Virus record (IMG/VR): IMGVR_UViG_2728369554_000009
Span: 1-40,186 of that record
DNA: 40,186 nucleotides
DNA from: a virus
Taxonomy: Duplodnaviria; Heunggongvirae; Uroviricota; Caudoviricetes
Direction: 5' to 3' (one strand)
Shown: positions 16,105 through 25,833 of the stretch, piece after piece
Position numbering within the stretch: position 1 is the first letter of the stretch
Layout of the letters: every line of letters starts with the position of its first letter
Translations under genes and position numbers: made by a program
Notes under the pieces: model-generated
The model's input: only the letters and a program-made list of their open reading frames with translations
What the model was told of the DNA's origin: nothing
Databases searched by the model: none

Positions 16105-16800
16105 ATGAATTTATTTGAGCGTTTGCTGTATCGCCGTCTTTGCAATGAGCAACCAGTCGATGGTGGAGCAGCTCCGGCTGCGTCAGAACCGTCAGCGCCT
16201 GCAGGTGATAACCCTGCTCCAGTTGGTGATCCATCACAACAGGAAGGTGATAAGCCACAACCTGTTGCTGATGGCGATAAACCTGATGATGAAAAAAAAT
16301 CTGAAAACGATAAGCAGGGTGAAAAAAAGGACGGCGATAAACCAGAGGGTGCGCCGGAGAAGTACGAATTTCATGCTGCCGAAGGCGTAGAGCTGGATAC
16401 AGAAGCGTTGAAGGAATTCGAGCCGGTGGCGCGAGAACTAAACCTGACCAACGAGCAAGCGCAAAAGCTGGTTGATGCTTATCCGAAGATTCTGGCAGGT
16501 GTGCAGCAGCGCCAGGCAGAAGCCTGGCAGAAAACAACCGAGCAGTGGGCTGCTGATGTAAAAGCTGACAAAGAAATTGGTGGCGACAAGTTGATTTCTA
16601 ACCTTAGCGCCGCACAGCGTGCGCTTGACCAGTTCGGGACACCCGAGCTCAAAGAATATCTGAACACCACCGGGCTGGGTAATCACCCTGATCTGGTCAA
16701 AACGTTCGTGAAAATCGGAAAGGCGATGTCTGAAGATGGCATGGTCACCGGTGGTAATGAAGGCCAGCGTAGTGCGGCCGAAGTGCTCTATGGCAAATAA
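16105..16800 (+). CDS. Scaffolding protein
   Basis: Acidic, P/E/K/D-rich and helical. It lies directly upstream of the major capsid gene. The ATG sits 5 nt after CAGGAG. Confidence 0.7.
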   Translation: MNLFERLLYRRLCNEQPVDGGAAPAASEPSAPAGDNPAPVGDPSQQEGDKPQPVADGDKPDDEKKSENDKQGEKKDGDKPEGAPEKYEFHAAEGVELDTEALKEFEPVARELNLTNEQAQKLVDAYPKILAGVQQRQAEAWQKTTEQWAADVKADKEIGGDKLISNLSAAQRALDQFGTPELKEYLNTTGLGNHPDLVKTFVKIGKAMSEDGMVTGGNEGQRSAAEVLYGK

Positions 16801-16808
16801 GAGAGGAA

Positions 16809-17801
16809 ATGACAATGGCTGTTAAAGGCTTAACTGCGCTAACGCTGGCTGACTGGGGTAAGCGCGTCGATCCAAACGGGAAAGTCGATAAGATTATCGA
16901 GCTTCTCAGTCAAACCAACCCAATCCTTCAGGATATGCCTTTTGTTGAAGGAAACCTTCCTACCGGACACCGAACCACCATTCGTTCTGGTTTGCCTTCC
17001 GCTACCTGGCGTTTGCTGAACTATGGCGTACAACCGAGCAAATCAACAACGGTGCAGGTCACTGATTCCATTGGCATGCTGGAAACCTATGCTGAAGTCG
17101 ATAAGTCTCTGGCTGATCTGAACGGTAATACTGCCGAATTCCGCCTGTCTGAAGACCGAGCATTTATTGAAGCGATGAATCAGGCGATGGCGCAGACGCT
17201 GTTTTACGGTGATTCCAGCGTTAACCCTCAGCAGTTTATGGGACTGTCCTCCCGCTATTCCAGCCTGTCTGCGGGTAATGCTCAGAACATCATTGATGCT
17301 GGTGGCACGGGTACAGATAACACTTCAATCTGGTTAGTGGTGTGGGGCGAAAACACCGTGCATGGCATCTTCCCGAAAGGGAAGAAGGCTGGCATCCAGA
17401 TGGAAGATAAAGGCCAGGTGACACTGGAAGATGCTAATGGCGGCAAGTACGAAGGTTATCGTACCCATTATAAGTGGGACAACGGGCTGACATTGCGTGA
17501 CTGGCGCTATGTTGTTCGCATTGCAAACATCGATGTCAGCAATCTTGACGATCCTTCTACTGCTGCGAATATCGCAAAACTGATGATTCGTGCCCTTCAT
17601 CGAATCCCAAATCGTGGGATGGGACGTCCTATTTTCTACATGAACAGAACCATTAACGAAGTGCTTGACCTGCAATCTCTGGAGAAGAGTTCTCTGGCGA
17701 TCAGCGTGAAAGAGACAGAAGGCGAATGGTGGACAGAACTTCGTGGTGTGCCGATTCGCGAAACTGACGCACTTCTGGAAACAGAAGCCCGCGTGGTGTA
17801 A
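16809..17801 (+). CDS. Major capsid protein (HK97-fold class). An alternative start is the ATG at 16815.
   Basis: 330 aa. Position and size fit a major capsid protein, and it follows the scaffold gene. Confidence 0.85.
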   Translation: MTMAVKGLTALTLADWGKRVDPNGKVDKIIELLSQTNPILQDMPFVEGNLPTGHRTTIRSGLPSATWRLLNYGVQPSKSTTVQVTDSIGMLETYAEVDKSLADLNGNTAEFRLSEDRAFIEAMNQAMAQTLFYGDSSVNPQQFMGLSSRYSSLSAGNAQNIIDAGGTGTDNTSIWLVVWGENTVHGIFPKGKKAGIQMEDKGQVTLEDANGGKYEGYRTHYKWDNGLTLRDWRYVVRIANIDVSNLDDPSTAANIAKLMIRALHRIPNRGMGRPIFYMNRTINEVLDLQSLEKSSLAISVKETEGEWWTELRGVPIRETDALLETEARVV

Positions 17802-17852
17802 CGCCTGTTATTAACCTGTGGGCCGCAACAGGCCCACTAATGGAGAAAGAAG

Positions 17853-18290
17853 ATGATCACCGACAAACTGTTGATGTTCTCCGAAGCTCAGGCGGTTACG
17901 AATACCGCGGCTTCTACTGACGTAATCGATCTCGGTCCAATTGATGGAAACCGTCGCGATATCGGCGTGGGTTATCCGCTTGAGTTTTGGGCGCTGGTTA
18001 ACACAGCCGCCGCGGCAAGCGGTGATGCAACTGTAAACATCCAGTTGCAGACGAGTGAGAATAACAGCTCATGGACCACTATTTATGATAGTGGCGCACT
18101 GGCAAAGACCGCCCTGACAGCAGGTAAACGAGTTGTTTCTGCAAAGGTGCCTGCCGGTGTTCAGCGATATCTGCGTGTTAACTACTCCGTCGCAACTGGC
18201 CCACTAACGGCTGGCGAATTCACTGCTGGTATCAGTCTTGATGTTGATGCCAATACGCCGTATCCGATCCGCTCAAAAGTAACTGGTTAA
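17853..18290 (+). CDS. Capsid decoration or cement protein (jellyroll type, Bbp16-like)
   Basis: 145 aa directly after the capsid gene. MFSEAQAVTNTAASTDVIDLG...RYLRVNY resembles the BPP-1/epsilon15-type decoration family, from memory. Confidence 0.55.
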   Translation: MITDKLLMFSEAQAVTNTAASTDVIDLGPIDGNRRDIGVGYPLEFWALVNTAAAASGDATVNIQLQTSENNSSWTTIYDSGALAKTALTAGKRVVSAKVPAGVQRYLRVNYSVATGPLTAGEFTAGISLDVDANTPYPIRSKVTG

Positions 18291-18300
18291 GGTGATATCG

Positions 18301-18636
18301 ATGTCAGGTGAGAAACCAAGATACCGCGTTCTGCGCCTCTCTCATATCCATAACACTCTGTGGCCGGAGGGGGCAGAAATCGAATACGAAGGTGAGCCTG
18401 GTAGCGCACTGGAACCTGTTAACGATGCAGCCAGACAGGCAAAAGCAAAAGTTGCAGGAAAGGTGTCAATGGCAGCAACCAGCACCAAAATCATCAACGA
18501 TGTGTCAGATGATGGTGAACTGGATAAGCTCCGTGAAGAGTACGAATTGCTCTTTAACGAGAAGCCACACCATAATGCCAAAGCAGAAACGCTCCGCGAG
18601 AAGATCGCAGATAAGCGTAAAGAACTGGGCGTGTAA
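18301..18636 (+). CDS. Hypothetical virion-module protein (111 aa)
   Basis: The ATG lies after AAGGTGA. It is followed by a terminator. Confidence 0.55.
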   Translation: MSGEKPRYRVLRLSHIHNTLWPEGAEIEYEGEPGSALEPVNDAARQAKAKVAGKVSMAATSTKIINDVSDDGELDKLREEYELLFNEKPHHNAKAETLREKIADKRKELGV

Positions 18637-18652
18637 GCCTCGCGAATCAGAC

Positions 18653-18674
18653 AAGGGGCTTCGGCCCCTTTATT
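18653..18674 (+). terminator. Intra-operon terminator or attenuator after the head genes
   Basis: Hairpin aaggggc-ttcg-gcccctt followed by tatt. Confidence 0.65.
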
Positions 18675-18686
18675 GCAGGAGTGTAT

Positions 18687-19010
18687 ATGGAACTCGTAAA
18701 CCTCAAAACCGGCACTGACAGCTACCAGGATGAGAGCGGAGAAACCAGAACTCGAGATGAATACCCGTGGGGGCTGTGCATCACTCTTAATAACGACACA
18801 TTGAATAAGCTGAAGGCGCAACCTCAGGGCGTCGGAACAGAAGTGATGATAACTGCAAAAGCTGTTATTCGAGGCCTGTCTGCCAGAGAAACTGACGATG
18901 GTGTTAATCGCAGCGCCGATCTGCAGATCACTGATATGGCGATCGCTCCTGTTTCCGGGGATGTAGAAAAATCAGCGGCTGAAACCCTGTACGGCAATGG
19001 GGGTGAGTAA
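18687..19010 (+). CDS. Hypothetical virion protein (107 aa)
   Basis: The ATG lies 5 nt after AGGAG. Confidence 0.55.
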   Translation: MELVNLKTGTDSYQDESGETRTRDEYPWGLCITLNNDTLNKLKAQPQGVGTEVMITAKAVIRGLSARETDDGVNRSADLQITDMAIAPVSGDVEKSAAETLYGNGGE

Positions 19011-19615
19011 TGGCCTCTGTAGTAGAGATCTGCAATCGTGCGCTGTCCAATATTGGCAACAGCCGCAGTATTAACAGCCTGACGGAAGCCAGCAAGGAAG
19101 CGGGGGAATGTTCGCTGCACTTTGAGGCCTGCCGTGATGCTGTGCTTTCTGATTTTGACTGGAACTTTGCTACCAAACGCGTGGCGCTTGCAGATACGAG
19201 CAATCCACCGCCTGACTGGGAATATGCGTATCAGTACCCGTCCGATTGTCTGCGCATTACTGAAATTATGCTTCCTGGTGTACGCAATCCAACAGCAGCA
19301 ATGCGCGTTCAGTACGAAGTTGGTGCAGACACCAACGGAACAGGAAAGTTGATCTACACAGACCAGCCGCAGGCATGGCTCAAGTATGTCTCTCGCGTTT
19401 CAGATGTGAACATGTTTGATGCCATTTTTATGGAGGCGTTGGCCTGGCGTCTTGCGGCAGCTATTAACATGGCGTTGACTGGGAATGCAGACCTCGGTAC
19501 GTTTGCCCTCAATATGTACAATCGCGTGATTCTTAGTGCTGGCTCGCATAGCCAGAATGAATCACAGGAACCACTGCCACCGGTTGACGAGTTTACCATT
19601 GCGAGGTTGTCCTGA
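19010..19615 (+). CDS. Head-tail adaptor or gatekeeper (T7 gp11-like by size and position)
   Basis: 201 aa with a TAATG overlap. The N-terminus ICNRALSNIGNSRSINSL resembles podovirus tail tubular protein A families. Confidence 0.5.
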   Translation: MASVVEICNRALSNIGNSRSINSLTEASKEAGECSLHFEACRDAVLSDFDWNFATKRVALADTSNPPPDWEYAYQYPSDCLRITEIMLPGVRNPTAAMRVQYEVGADTNGTGKLIYTDQPQAWLKYVSRVSDVNMFDAIFMEALAWRLAAAINMALTGNADLGTFALNMYNRVILSAGSHSQNESQEPLPPVDEFTIARLS

Positions 19616-22086
19616 TGGCTATCAGTTGGATCCAGCCCAGCTTTGCCGGTGGTGAGATTGGACCGTCGTTGTACGGTCGTATTGACATGGCGAAGTACCA
19701 GGTGGCATTGCGCAAGTGCGATAACTTTATCGTGCGGCAGTATGGCGGAGTTGAGAATCGACCTGGTACGCGTTTTGTCGGTGCCGCCAAATACCCAAAT
19801 CGGAAATGCCGCCTGATCCCGTTCCAGTTCTCGACGGTTCAGACTTATGCTCTGGAGTTCGGACACCAGTACATGCGCGTTATCAAAGATGGTGCGTTGG
19901 TGCTGAACAGCAGCAATGTTATTTATGAAATTTCCACGCCATATACTGAAGCCGATCTGTTCCGAATTAAATTCACGCAAAGCGCAGACGTGCTTACGCT
20001 GGTTCATCCGGCATACCCGCCGAAAGAGTTGCGCCGCTATGCGCATGACAACTGGCAACTGGTTGATGTGGTAACGAAGAACGGGCCATTTGAAGATATC
20101 AATATTGACGAGTCAGTGACGGTTTATGCCAGCGCCAGCACCGGGACAATTACGCTAACGGCAAGCGCCTCTATTTTTGGCGCGGAGCAGGTAGGCAAAT
20201 TGTTCTATCTGGAACAGCCTGCAGTGGATTCTGTGCCGGTATGGGAAACCAGTAAGAGTACGTCGATTGGCGATATTCGCCGTGCAGACAGTAACTACTA
20301 TCGCGCCGTTACAGCAGGCAAAACAGGTACTTTGCGCCCTTCGCATACAGAAGGCACATCATGGGATGGCTGGGGCGGATCCGGTGATGATGATACTGGC
20401 ATTGAGTGGGAATATCTGCACAGTGGTTTTGGCATTGCCCGTATCACTGCTGCAAATGGAACTACTGCAACTGCCGAGGTGATTTCCTATATCCCTTCGC
20501 AGGTCGTGGGCGAGGATAATGCCAGCTATAAATGGGCTAAATATGCCTGGAACAGTGTTAATGGTTATCCTGGCACTGTTGTTTATTATCAACAACGTCT
20601 TTACTTCGCCGCATCGACTGCGTTTCCTCAGACTATCTGGGCCAGCCGTACCGGGGATTATAAGGATTTTGGCAAAAGCAATCCTACGCAGGATGACGAC
20701 AGAATTATCTACACCTATGCCGGACGTCAGGTTAATGAGATCCGCCACCTGATTGATGTTGGTTCTCTGGTGGCGCTGACTTCCGGAGGTGAGTACGTCA
20801 TCACCGGCGACCAGAACAAAGTGTTAACCCCATCATCATTTGCATTCAGCTCTCAGGGATCAAATGGCTCAAGCAACGTCCCGCCAATTGCCGTGGCGAA
20901 TATTGCTCTGTTCGTCCAGGAGAAAGGCAGCGTTGTCCGTGATCTGGCCTACTCATTCGATGTTGACGGCTATCAGGGGAACGACCTGACCATCCTTGCC
21001 AATCATCTTTTTCAGAAGCACAGCATTGTTGACTGGTGCTTCTCGATTGTCCCTTACTCCAGTGCCTTCTGCATTCGTGATGACGGTAAATTACTGGTGA
21101 TGACCTATTTGCGTGATCAGCAGGTTTTTGCATGGGCACCACAATCCAGTACCGGAAAATATGAAAGCACATGCAGTATCAGCGAAGGCAATGAAGATGC
21201 GGTGTATTTCGTCGTTAACCGAACCGTTAACGGGCAAACAGTGAGATACATCGAGCGACTGTCCAGCCGTTTATTTACCAGCGATGAAGATGCTTTCTTT
21301 GTTGATTCTGGCCTTAGCTATGATGGAAGAAATACGTCTGACAGAACGATGATCATCACTGGTGGTTCTGGCGAATGGGATTACCGCGCGGAATATACAA
21401 TCAGTGTTTCTGGTGGTGCGTACTTCACCAGTAGTGATGTCGGCGCGCAACTACAGTTCCCTTATACCGGAACGGATCCTGATACTGGCGATGAAGTGTC
21501 AAAAGAATTACGTTGCGACATTATTTCTGTAACCAGCAATACCGCTGTAGTGGTTCGTCCTAACAGGAACGTCCCGCCATCCCTCAGGAATGTGGCCACC
21601 ACGAACTGGCAGATGGCGCGCCGGGCATTTGGCGGCTTGTCTCATCTTGAAGGTCAGACCGTAAACATTCTCTCTGATGCGAACGTGGAACCACAGAAAG
21701 TGGTTTCCGGAGGTGCCGTCACGCTGGAATCTACGGGGGCTGTAGTGCACATCGGCCTGCCAATAACTGCTGAATTCGAAACACTGGATATCAACATTAA
21801 CGGACAGGAAACGCTGCTGGACAAAAAACAGGTGATCCCCTCCGTTACTCTGGTTGTGAATGCCAGTCGCGGCATCTGGGCGACTACGCCCGGCGGTAAA
21901 TGGTACGAATATCCACAGCGTGAATTCGAGTTCTACGATGATCCTGTTGATGATGCTACCGGAAAAGTAGAAGTGAAACTGGACAGTAACTGGGGCAAAA
22001 ACGGACGTGTAAAAATCCGTCAGCTTGACCCGTTGCCGCTGTCTGTTCTTGCCGTTATTCCTCGCCTTACTGTTGGGGGATTCTGA
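19615..22086 (+). CDS. Tail nozzle or tail tubular protein B-like (T7 gp12-like by size and position)
   Basis: 823 aa with an ATGA overlap. Confidence 0.55.
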   Translation: MAISWIQPSFAGGEIGPSLYGRIDMAKYQVALRKCDNFIVRQYGGVENRPGTRFVGAAKYPNRKCRLIPFQFSTVQTYALEFGHQYMRVIKDGALVLNSSNVIYEISTPYTEADLFRIKFTQSADVLTLVHPAYPPKELRRYAHDNWQLVDVVTKNGPFEDINIDESVTVYASASTGTITLTASASIFGAEQVGKLFYLEQPAVDSVPVWETSKSTSIGDIRRADSNYYRAVTAGKTGTLRPSHTEGTSWDGWGGSGDDDTGIEWEYLHSGFGIARITAANGTTATAEVISYIPSQVVGEDNASYKWAKYAWNSVNGYPGTVVYYQQRLYFAASTAFPQTIWASRTGDYKDFGKSNPTQDDDRIIYTYAGRQVNEIRHLIDVGSLVALTSGGEYVITGDQNKVLTPSSFAFSSQGSNGSSNVPPIAVANIALFVQEKGSVVRDLAYSFDVDGYQGNDLTILANHLFQKHSIVDWCFSIVPYSSAFCIRDDGKLLVMTYLRDQQVFAWAPQSSTGKYESTCSISEGNEDAVYFVVNRTVNGQTVRYIERLSSRLFTSDEDAFFVDSGLSYDGRNTSDRTMIITGGSGEWDYRAEYTISVSGGAYFTSSDVGAQLQFPYTGTDPDTGDEVSKELRCDIISVTSNTAVVVRPNRNVPPSLRNVATTNWQMARRAFGGLSHLEGQTVNILSDANVEPQKVVSGGAVTLESTGAVVHIGLPITAEFETLDININGQETLLDKKQVIPSVTLVVNASRGIWATTPGGKWYEYPQREFEFYDDPVDDATGKVEVKLDSNWGKNGRVKIRQLDPLPLSVLAVIPRLTVGGF

Positions 22087-22550
22087 TGATTGACGTTCAA
22101 ATTATTCCCGCTACCGAAGAGCATCTTCAGATGATTTTGCCGGATGTTCGTCAGGCTGATATTGACGAACTGTATGCGGTATCGCTGATGACTACCGAAG
22201 ATGCACTGCGTGTTGGCCTGCGTACTGCGACTATGGCTTGGTCAGGGTTCGCGAACGGAGAACTGGTAACCATGTTTGGTGTATCTCCGGCGTCAATGAT
22301 CGGTGGCAATGGTACGCCCTGGCTGGTCGGAACCAGCCGTATTGAAAAATATCAGAAGACATTTCTGCGCCACTGCCGCCCTGTATTGCAGCAGATGCTG
22401 GCAGTTTATCCGCGCCTGGAAAACTATGTCGACGAGCGAAACCATGTTGCCAAAGCATGGCTGCACTGGCTTGGATTCAGGCTTGAAGAAGCCGCGCCTT
22501 ATGGTGCTCTTGGTCTTAATTTCCACAGATTTCACATGGAGAGAAAATAA
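22086..22550 (+). CDS. Internal virion protein A-like (T7 gp13 position)
   Basis: 154 aa. The call rests on synteny. Confidence 0.45.
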   Translation: MIDVQIIPATEEHLQMILPDVRQADIDELYAVSLMTTEDALRVGLRTATMAWSGFANGELVTMFGVSPASMIGGNGTPWLVGTSRIEKYQKTFLRHCRPVLQQMLAVYPRLENYVDERNHVAKAWLHWLGFRLEEAAPYGALGLNFHRFHMERK

Positions 22551-23125
22551 TGTGCGATCCGGTTATTGCTGGTGGCGCAATGCTCGCCATGAGTGGCATT
22601 CAGGCATACACCCAGTACCAACAGGGAAAGTATGCCTCGAAGGTTGCAGAAGCGAACGCAGATATAGCCACTGCTCAGGCAAATGATGCAATAAACAGAG
22701 GTAACGCTGAAGCTGAGCAACGGCGCAGAGAGACCCGACAGCGGCTTGGTACACAGGCGGCGACAATGGGGGCTACCGGCGCTGATTTATCTACAGGTAA
22801 CGCGCTGGATATATTTGGCGACACTGCCCAGTTTGGCGCTCTTGATTCTCTGACGACGGTGAATAACGCGCAACGCGAGGCTTACGGTTATCAGGTTCAG
22901 GCTGCCAACTATAAAGCAGAAGCCAGTTCAGCCCGTAAACAGGGGAATGTGGGAGCAGCAACAACATTGCTCACTGCGCCTCTGAAGGCATACGGTGCGT
23001 ACCAGATGTTTGGTGGGACGTGGAGTCCGTTCTCTAAAGGAAGTACATCTAGTGGTGGGACGCCAATGTTATCTAACTCAGGTTTTATGAATTCTGACTC
23101 CCGATTCAAAATAGGAGGTTACTGA
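22550..23125 (+). CDS. Internal virion or ejection protein (T7 gp14 position)
   Basis: 191 aa. Hydrophobic N-terminus MCDPVIAGGAMLAMSGIQAY followed by an A/Q/N-rich helix. Confidence 0.5.
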   Translation: MCDPVIAGGAMLAMSGIQAYTQYQQGKYASKVAEANADIATAQANDAINRGNAEAEQRRRETRQRLGTQAATMGATGADLSTGNALDIFGDTAQFGALDSLTTVNNAQREAYGYQVQAANYKAEASSARKQGNVGAATTLLTAPLKAYGAYQMFGGTWSPFSKGSTSSGGTPMLSNSGFMNSDSRFKIGGY

Positions 23126-25833
23126 TGCCTGTTGTTCCTACTACATCCGGACGCCAGGTGCAAAGTCGTGGTGTGCAAACCGGTGGTTTTCAAACCTTCG
23201 ATGTTCCTCAGGCAGGTCAGGTGCTGGCGAATGTCGCAGATCAGTATGCGGTGGCATATGGTGAAGCCAGGCAGAAAGCGAATGTTGCATTGTCTCAGGA
23301 TGCCATCCTTCAGCTTAATCAGCGCAGCAATGAACGTCTTTATAACCCTCAAACCGGTTTTTATGCACAACAAGGCAAAAATGCGATTGGTAAGGGGCAA
23401 GAGTACATATCTGGATTTGATCAGGATGTGGAAGAAATAGCTGCTTCATTGACTGATGAAGCAGCAAGAAATATGTTTTTGCAACAAGCCAGAACACAGA
23501 AAATTCAGTTCAGTACTGGAGTTCTCAGACATGAGATAGGGCAGACAAATGCCTATGAAGATGAGCAATATCAGGCAACGAGAAAATTATGGATACAAAA
23601 TGAAGCGGATGCCTGGAATGACCCGCAAACTGCCACTTTAGCCAGAAATTCCAGAATGGTAGCCATTGCCAGATATGGAGCAGCCAGGGGATGGTCACAA
23701 GAACGCATTCTGGAAGAAATAGAAAGTGATGATCGCAGTGCCACAGAAATGCGGGCGAAGAATTATGCCGCTGCTAATCCGGAAGGATGGTTAAATGGTC
23801 AGTTTCAGAAAAATGATTCTGGAGGCATGGACATGCGTGCCATACGCCTTGTTGAATCAGGTGATCGTCATTTTAATCCTGATGGTAGTATTCTTGAAGG
23901 ACCGAAAACATCTTCTGGAGAGAGGGCCCAGGGGAAATACCAGTTAATGCCGGGCACAGGGAAAGAACTGGCGGCCAAACGTGGCGTTGAATACAACCCT
24001 ACGGACGAACAACAGCATGAAATGCTCGCCAGTGACTATGTAAATCAACTGTATGGTAAGTACGGTTCCGAAATATTGACCGGAGCAGCATATAACTGGG
24101 GGATGGGTAACGTGGATAAACTGATCGCCAAAGTCGGTGATCCACGTAAAGGTGAAATATCAGAAGAAGAATTTATCCGAAATCTTCCATCAGAAACACA
24201 AGGGTGGCTTTCCCGATATAGAAAAAATAAAACTGGAATGGATCCGCTGACTATTTATCAAATAGATAACCTTGCTAATAGTCAGATAGAAAAGCAAAGG
24301 AAGTTAATATTAGAACAGCTTGAGCCAGCTATTAATAACACCATGGCCCAGCTATATAACGGTGAGGTTCCAGATTATATACCGGCTCAGGAGACCATCA
24401 TCAGGGGGTATGGAAAAAACGCAGATAAAATAATCAATCAACTGGATATAGCGATTGATAACGCGAGAATATTCCAGACAATTCAGTATTTGCCTCCTTC
24501 TCAGCAGCAAGAAGAAATGCAGAAAGTGAAGCCTGAGGTTAACGATCCTCACTATGCGTTAAAACTCGATGCTTACGGAAAATTGTCTGCATTGCTTCAG
24601 AGATCAAATGAAGCAATTCAGGCGCAACGGGATTCACGCAGATTTAATGAGGCGCTGACAATAGGTGAAAAATTAGACCCAAGCAACAAGTCAATGCAGA
24701 AAGCTGCTGATTACACAGAAATGGCGCAGAACTTTCGTATTAATGATGCCTCCACTCATGATGGGGTTGTTCGGCTTGTGGCTCAGACTGGCATAATGCC
24801 TTCGCAGGTCATCACGCAGCTTTCAGCAGTATCCCGATCCAGCAATCAGGAAGTGGTTAAAAATGCGGCGGAACTGTTTAGTCGGTTATATGAAACAGAC
24901 AATGCATCTATTGGAAATATGCCGAAGGATATGCAGGGTTTTTATCTGACTGTTAAGCAACTAACTGATGCAGGGATGTCTTCAGATGCTGCTATTGTGG
25001 AAGCGCAGAGTAAGACATACAACCAGACAGATGCACTAAGGGCGCAGCTCTCATCTGTTCAGAGTACAAGAGAATACAAAAAAGAGCGTGACAGCGCAGC
25101 CAATTCTGCTGTCAGTAATATGACTCACTGGCTTCGCTGGGATCCGTCTGCGGATGACCAGACACCGGAAGCAGCGCTCTTTCGCAATGACTATCAGATG
25201 CTGTATGACGTTAACTATCGCCTTGCTGGTGGTAACGCTGACGTAGCGAAGCAAATGACCAACCAGCAGATAGCCCGCACTTGGAGTATCAGCGAGGTCA
25301 ACGGGGAAGCACAGTTTATGAAATATGCACCGGAGGCGCTTTATCAATATGGGCCGTCAGGCTGGATTGCAGCGCAATGGAAGGCTGAAAAAGAAAAAAT
25401 CATGTATGGCGATGACTTACATAAACCGGCTCCTTCATTTAACCGACCTTCAACTGAGGCTGGTGCATTGGGACTGAATAAGCCACGCTCACTGGTTGGA
25501 GGTGAGTTGATTCTCGTTCCTGACTTATCAACTCCGAGAGATAAGCTTTATTCAGTTGTGATCAGAACAAAAGATAAAGATGGTATTACGAGGGATGATT
25601 TATTTTATGACAAGCATGGAAGACAGATGCGCTGGGGGCCATCACTAGAAGATTGGGAACCTTATAAGAAAATGCAGCAGGAACGGGAGCAGCACGAGCA
25701 GGAAGAAATTATGCGTGGACAGGCTATACGAAACTTCAAAGACAAGCATCGCGCTCTGGATGAGCAGTATCAGCGCCTGCATAACGAACGTATGGACAAA
25801 TTTAAAGATTACTTTTCGTGGGGATCTAAATAA
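23125..25833 (+). CDS. Ejection protein with a lytic transglycosylase (SLT) domain
   Basis: 902 aa. VESGDRHFNPDG...GKYQLMPGTGKE...AAYNWGMGNV is the SLT E-S / Q-L-M / AYN-G pattern. Confidence 0.8.
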   Translation: MPVVPTTSGRQVQSRGVQTGGFQTFDVPQAGQVLANVADQYAVAYGEARQKANVALSQDAILQLNQRSNERLYNPQTGFYAQQGKNAIGKGQEYISGFDQDVEEIAASLTDEAARNMFLQQARTQKIQFSTGVLRHEIGQTNAYEDEQYQATRKLWIQNEADAWNDPQTATLARNSRMVAIARYGAARGWSQERILEEIESDDRSATEMRAKNYAAANPEGWLNGQFQKNDSGGMDMRAIRLVESGDRHFNPDGSILEGPKTSSGERAQGKYQLMPGTGKELAAKRGVEYNPTDEQQHEMLASDYVNQLYGKYGSEILTGAAYNWGMGNVDKLIAKVGDPRKGEISEEEFIRNLPSETQGWLSRYRKNKTGMDPLTIYQIDNLANSQIEKQRKLILEQLEPAINNTMAQLYNGEVPDYIPAQETIIRGYGKNADKIINQLDIAIDNARIFQTIQYLPPSQQQEEMQKVKPEVNDPHYALKLDAYGKLSALLQRSNEAIQAQRDSRRFNEALTIGEKLDPSNKSMQKAADYTEMAQNFRINDASTHDGVVRLVAQTGIMPSQVITQLSAVSRSSNQEVVKNAAELFSRLYETDNASIGNMPKDMQGFYLTVKQLTDAGMSSDAAIVEAQSKTYNQTDALRAQLSSVQSTREYKKERDSAANSAVSNMTHWLRWDPSADDQTPEAALFRNDYQMLYDVNYRLAGGNADVAKQMTNQQIARTWSISEVNGEAQFMKYAPEALYQYGPSGWIAAQWKAEKEKIMYGDDLHKPAPSFNRPSTEAGALGLNKPRSLVGGELILVPDLSTPRDKLYSVVIRTKDKDGITRDDLFYDKHGRQMRWGPSLEDWEPYKKMQQEREQHEQEEIMRGQAIRNFKDKHRALDEQYQRLHNERMDKFKDYFSWGSK

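Noticed and set aside
18308-18718. 136-aa alternative-frame ORF
   Set aside because: It overlaps the 18301-18636 gene and reads straight through the terminator hairpin at 18653-18674. The other frame has the proper Shine-Dalgarno and ends before the terminator.
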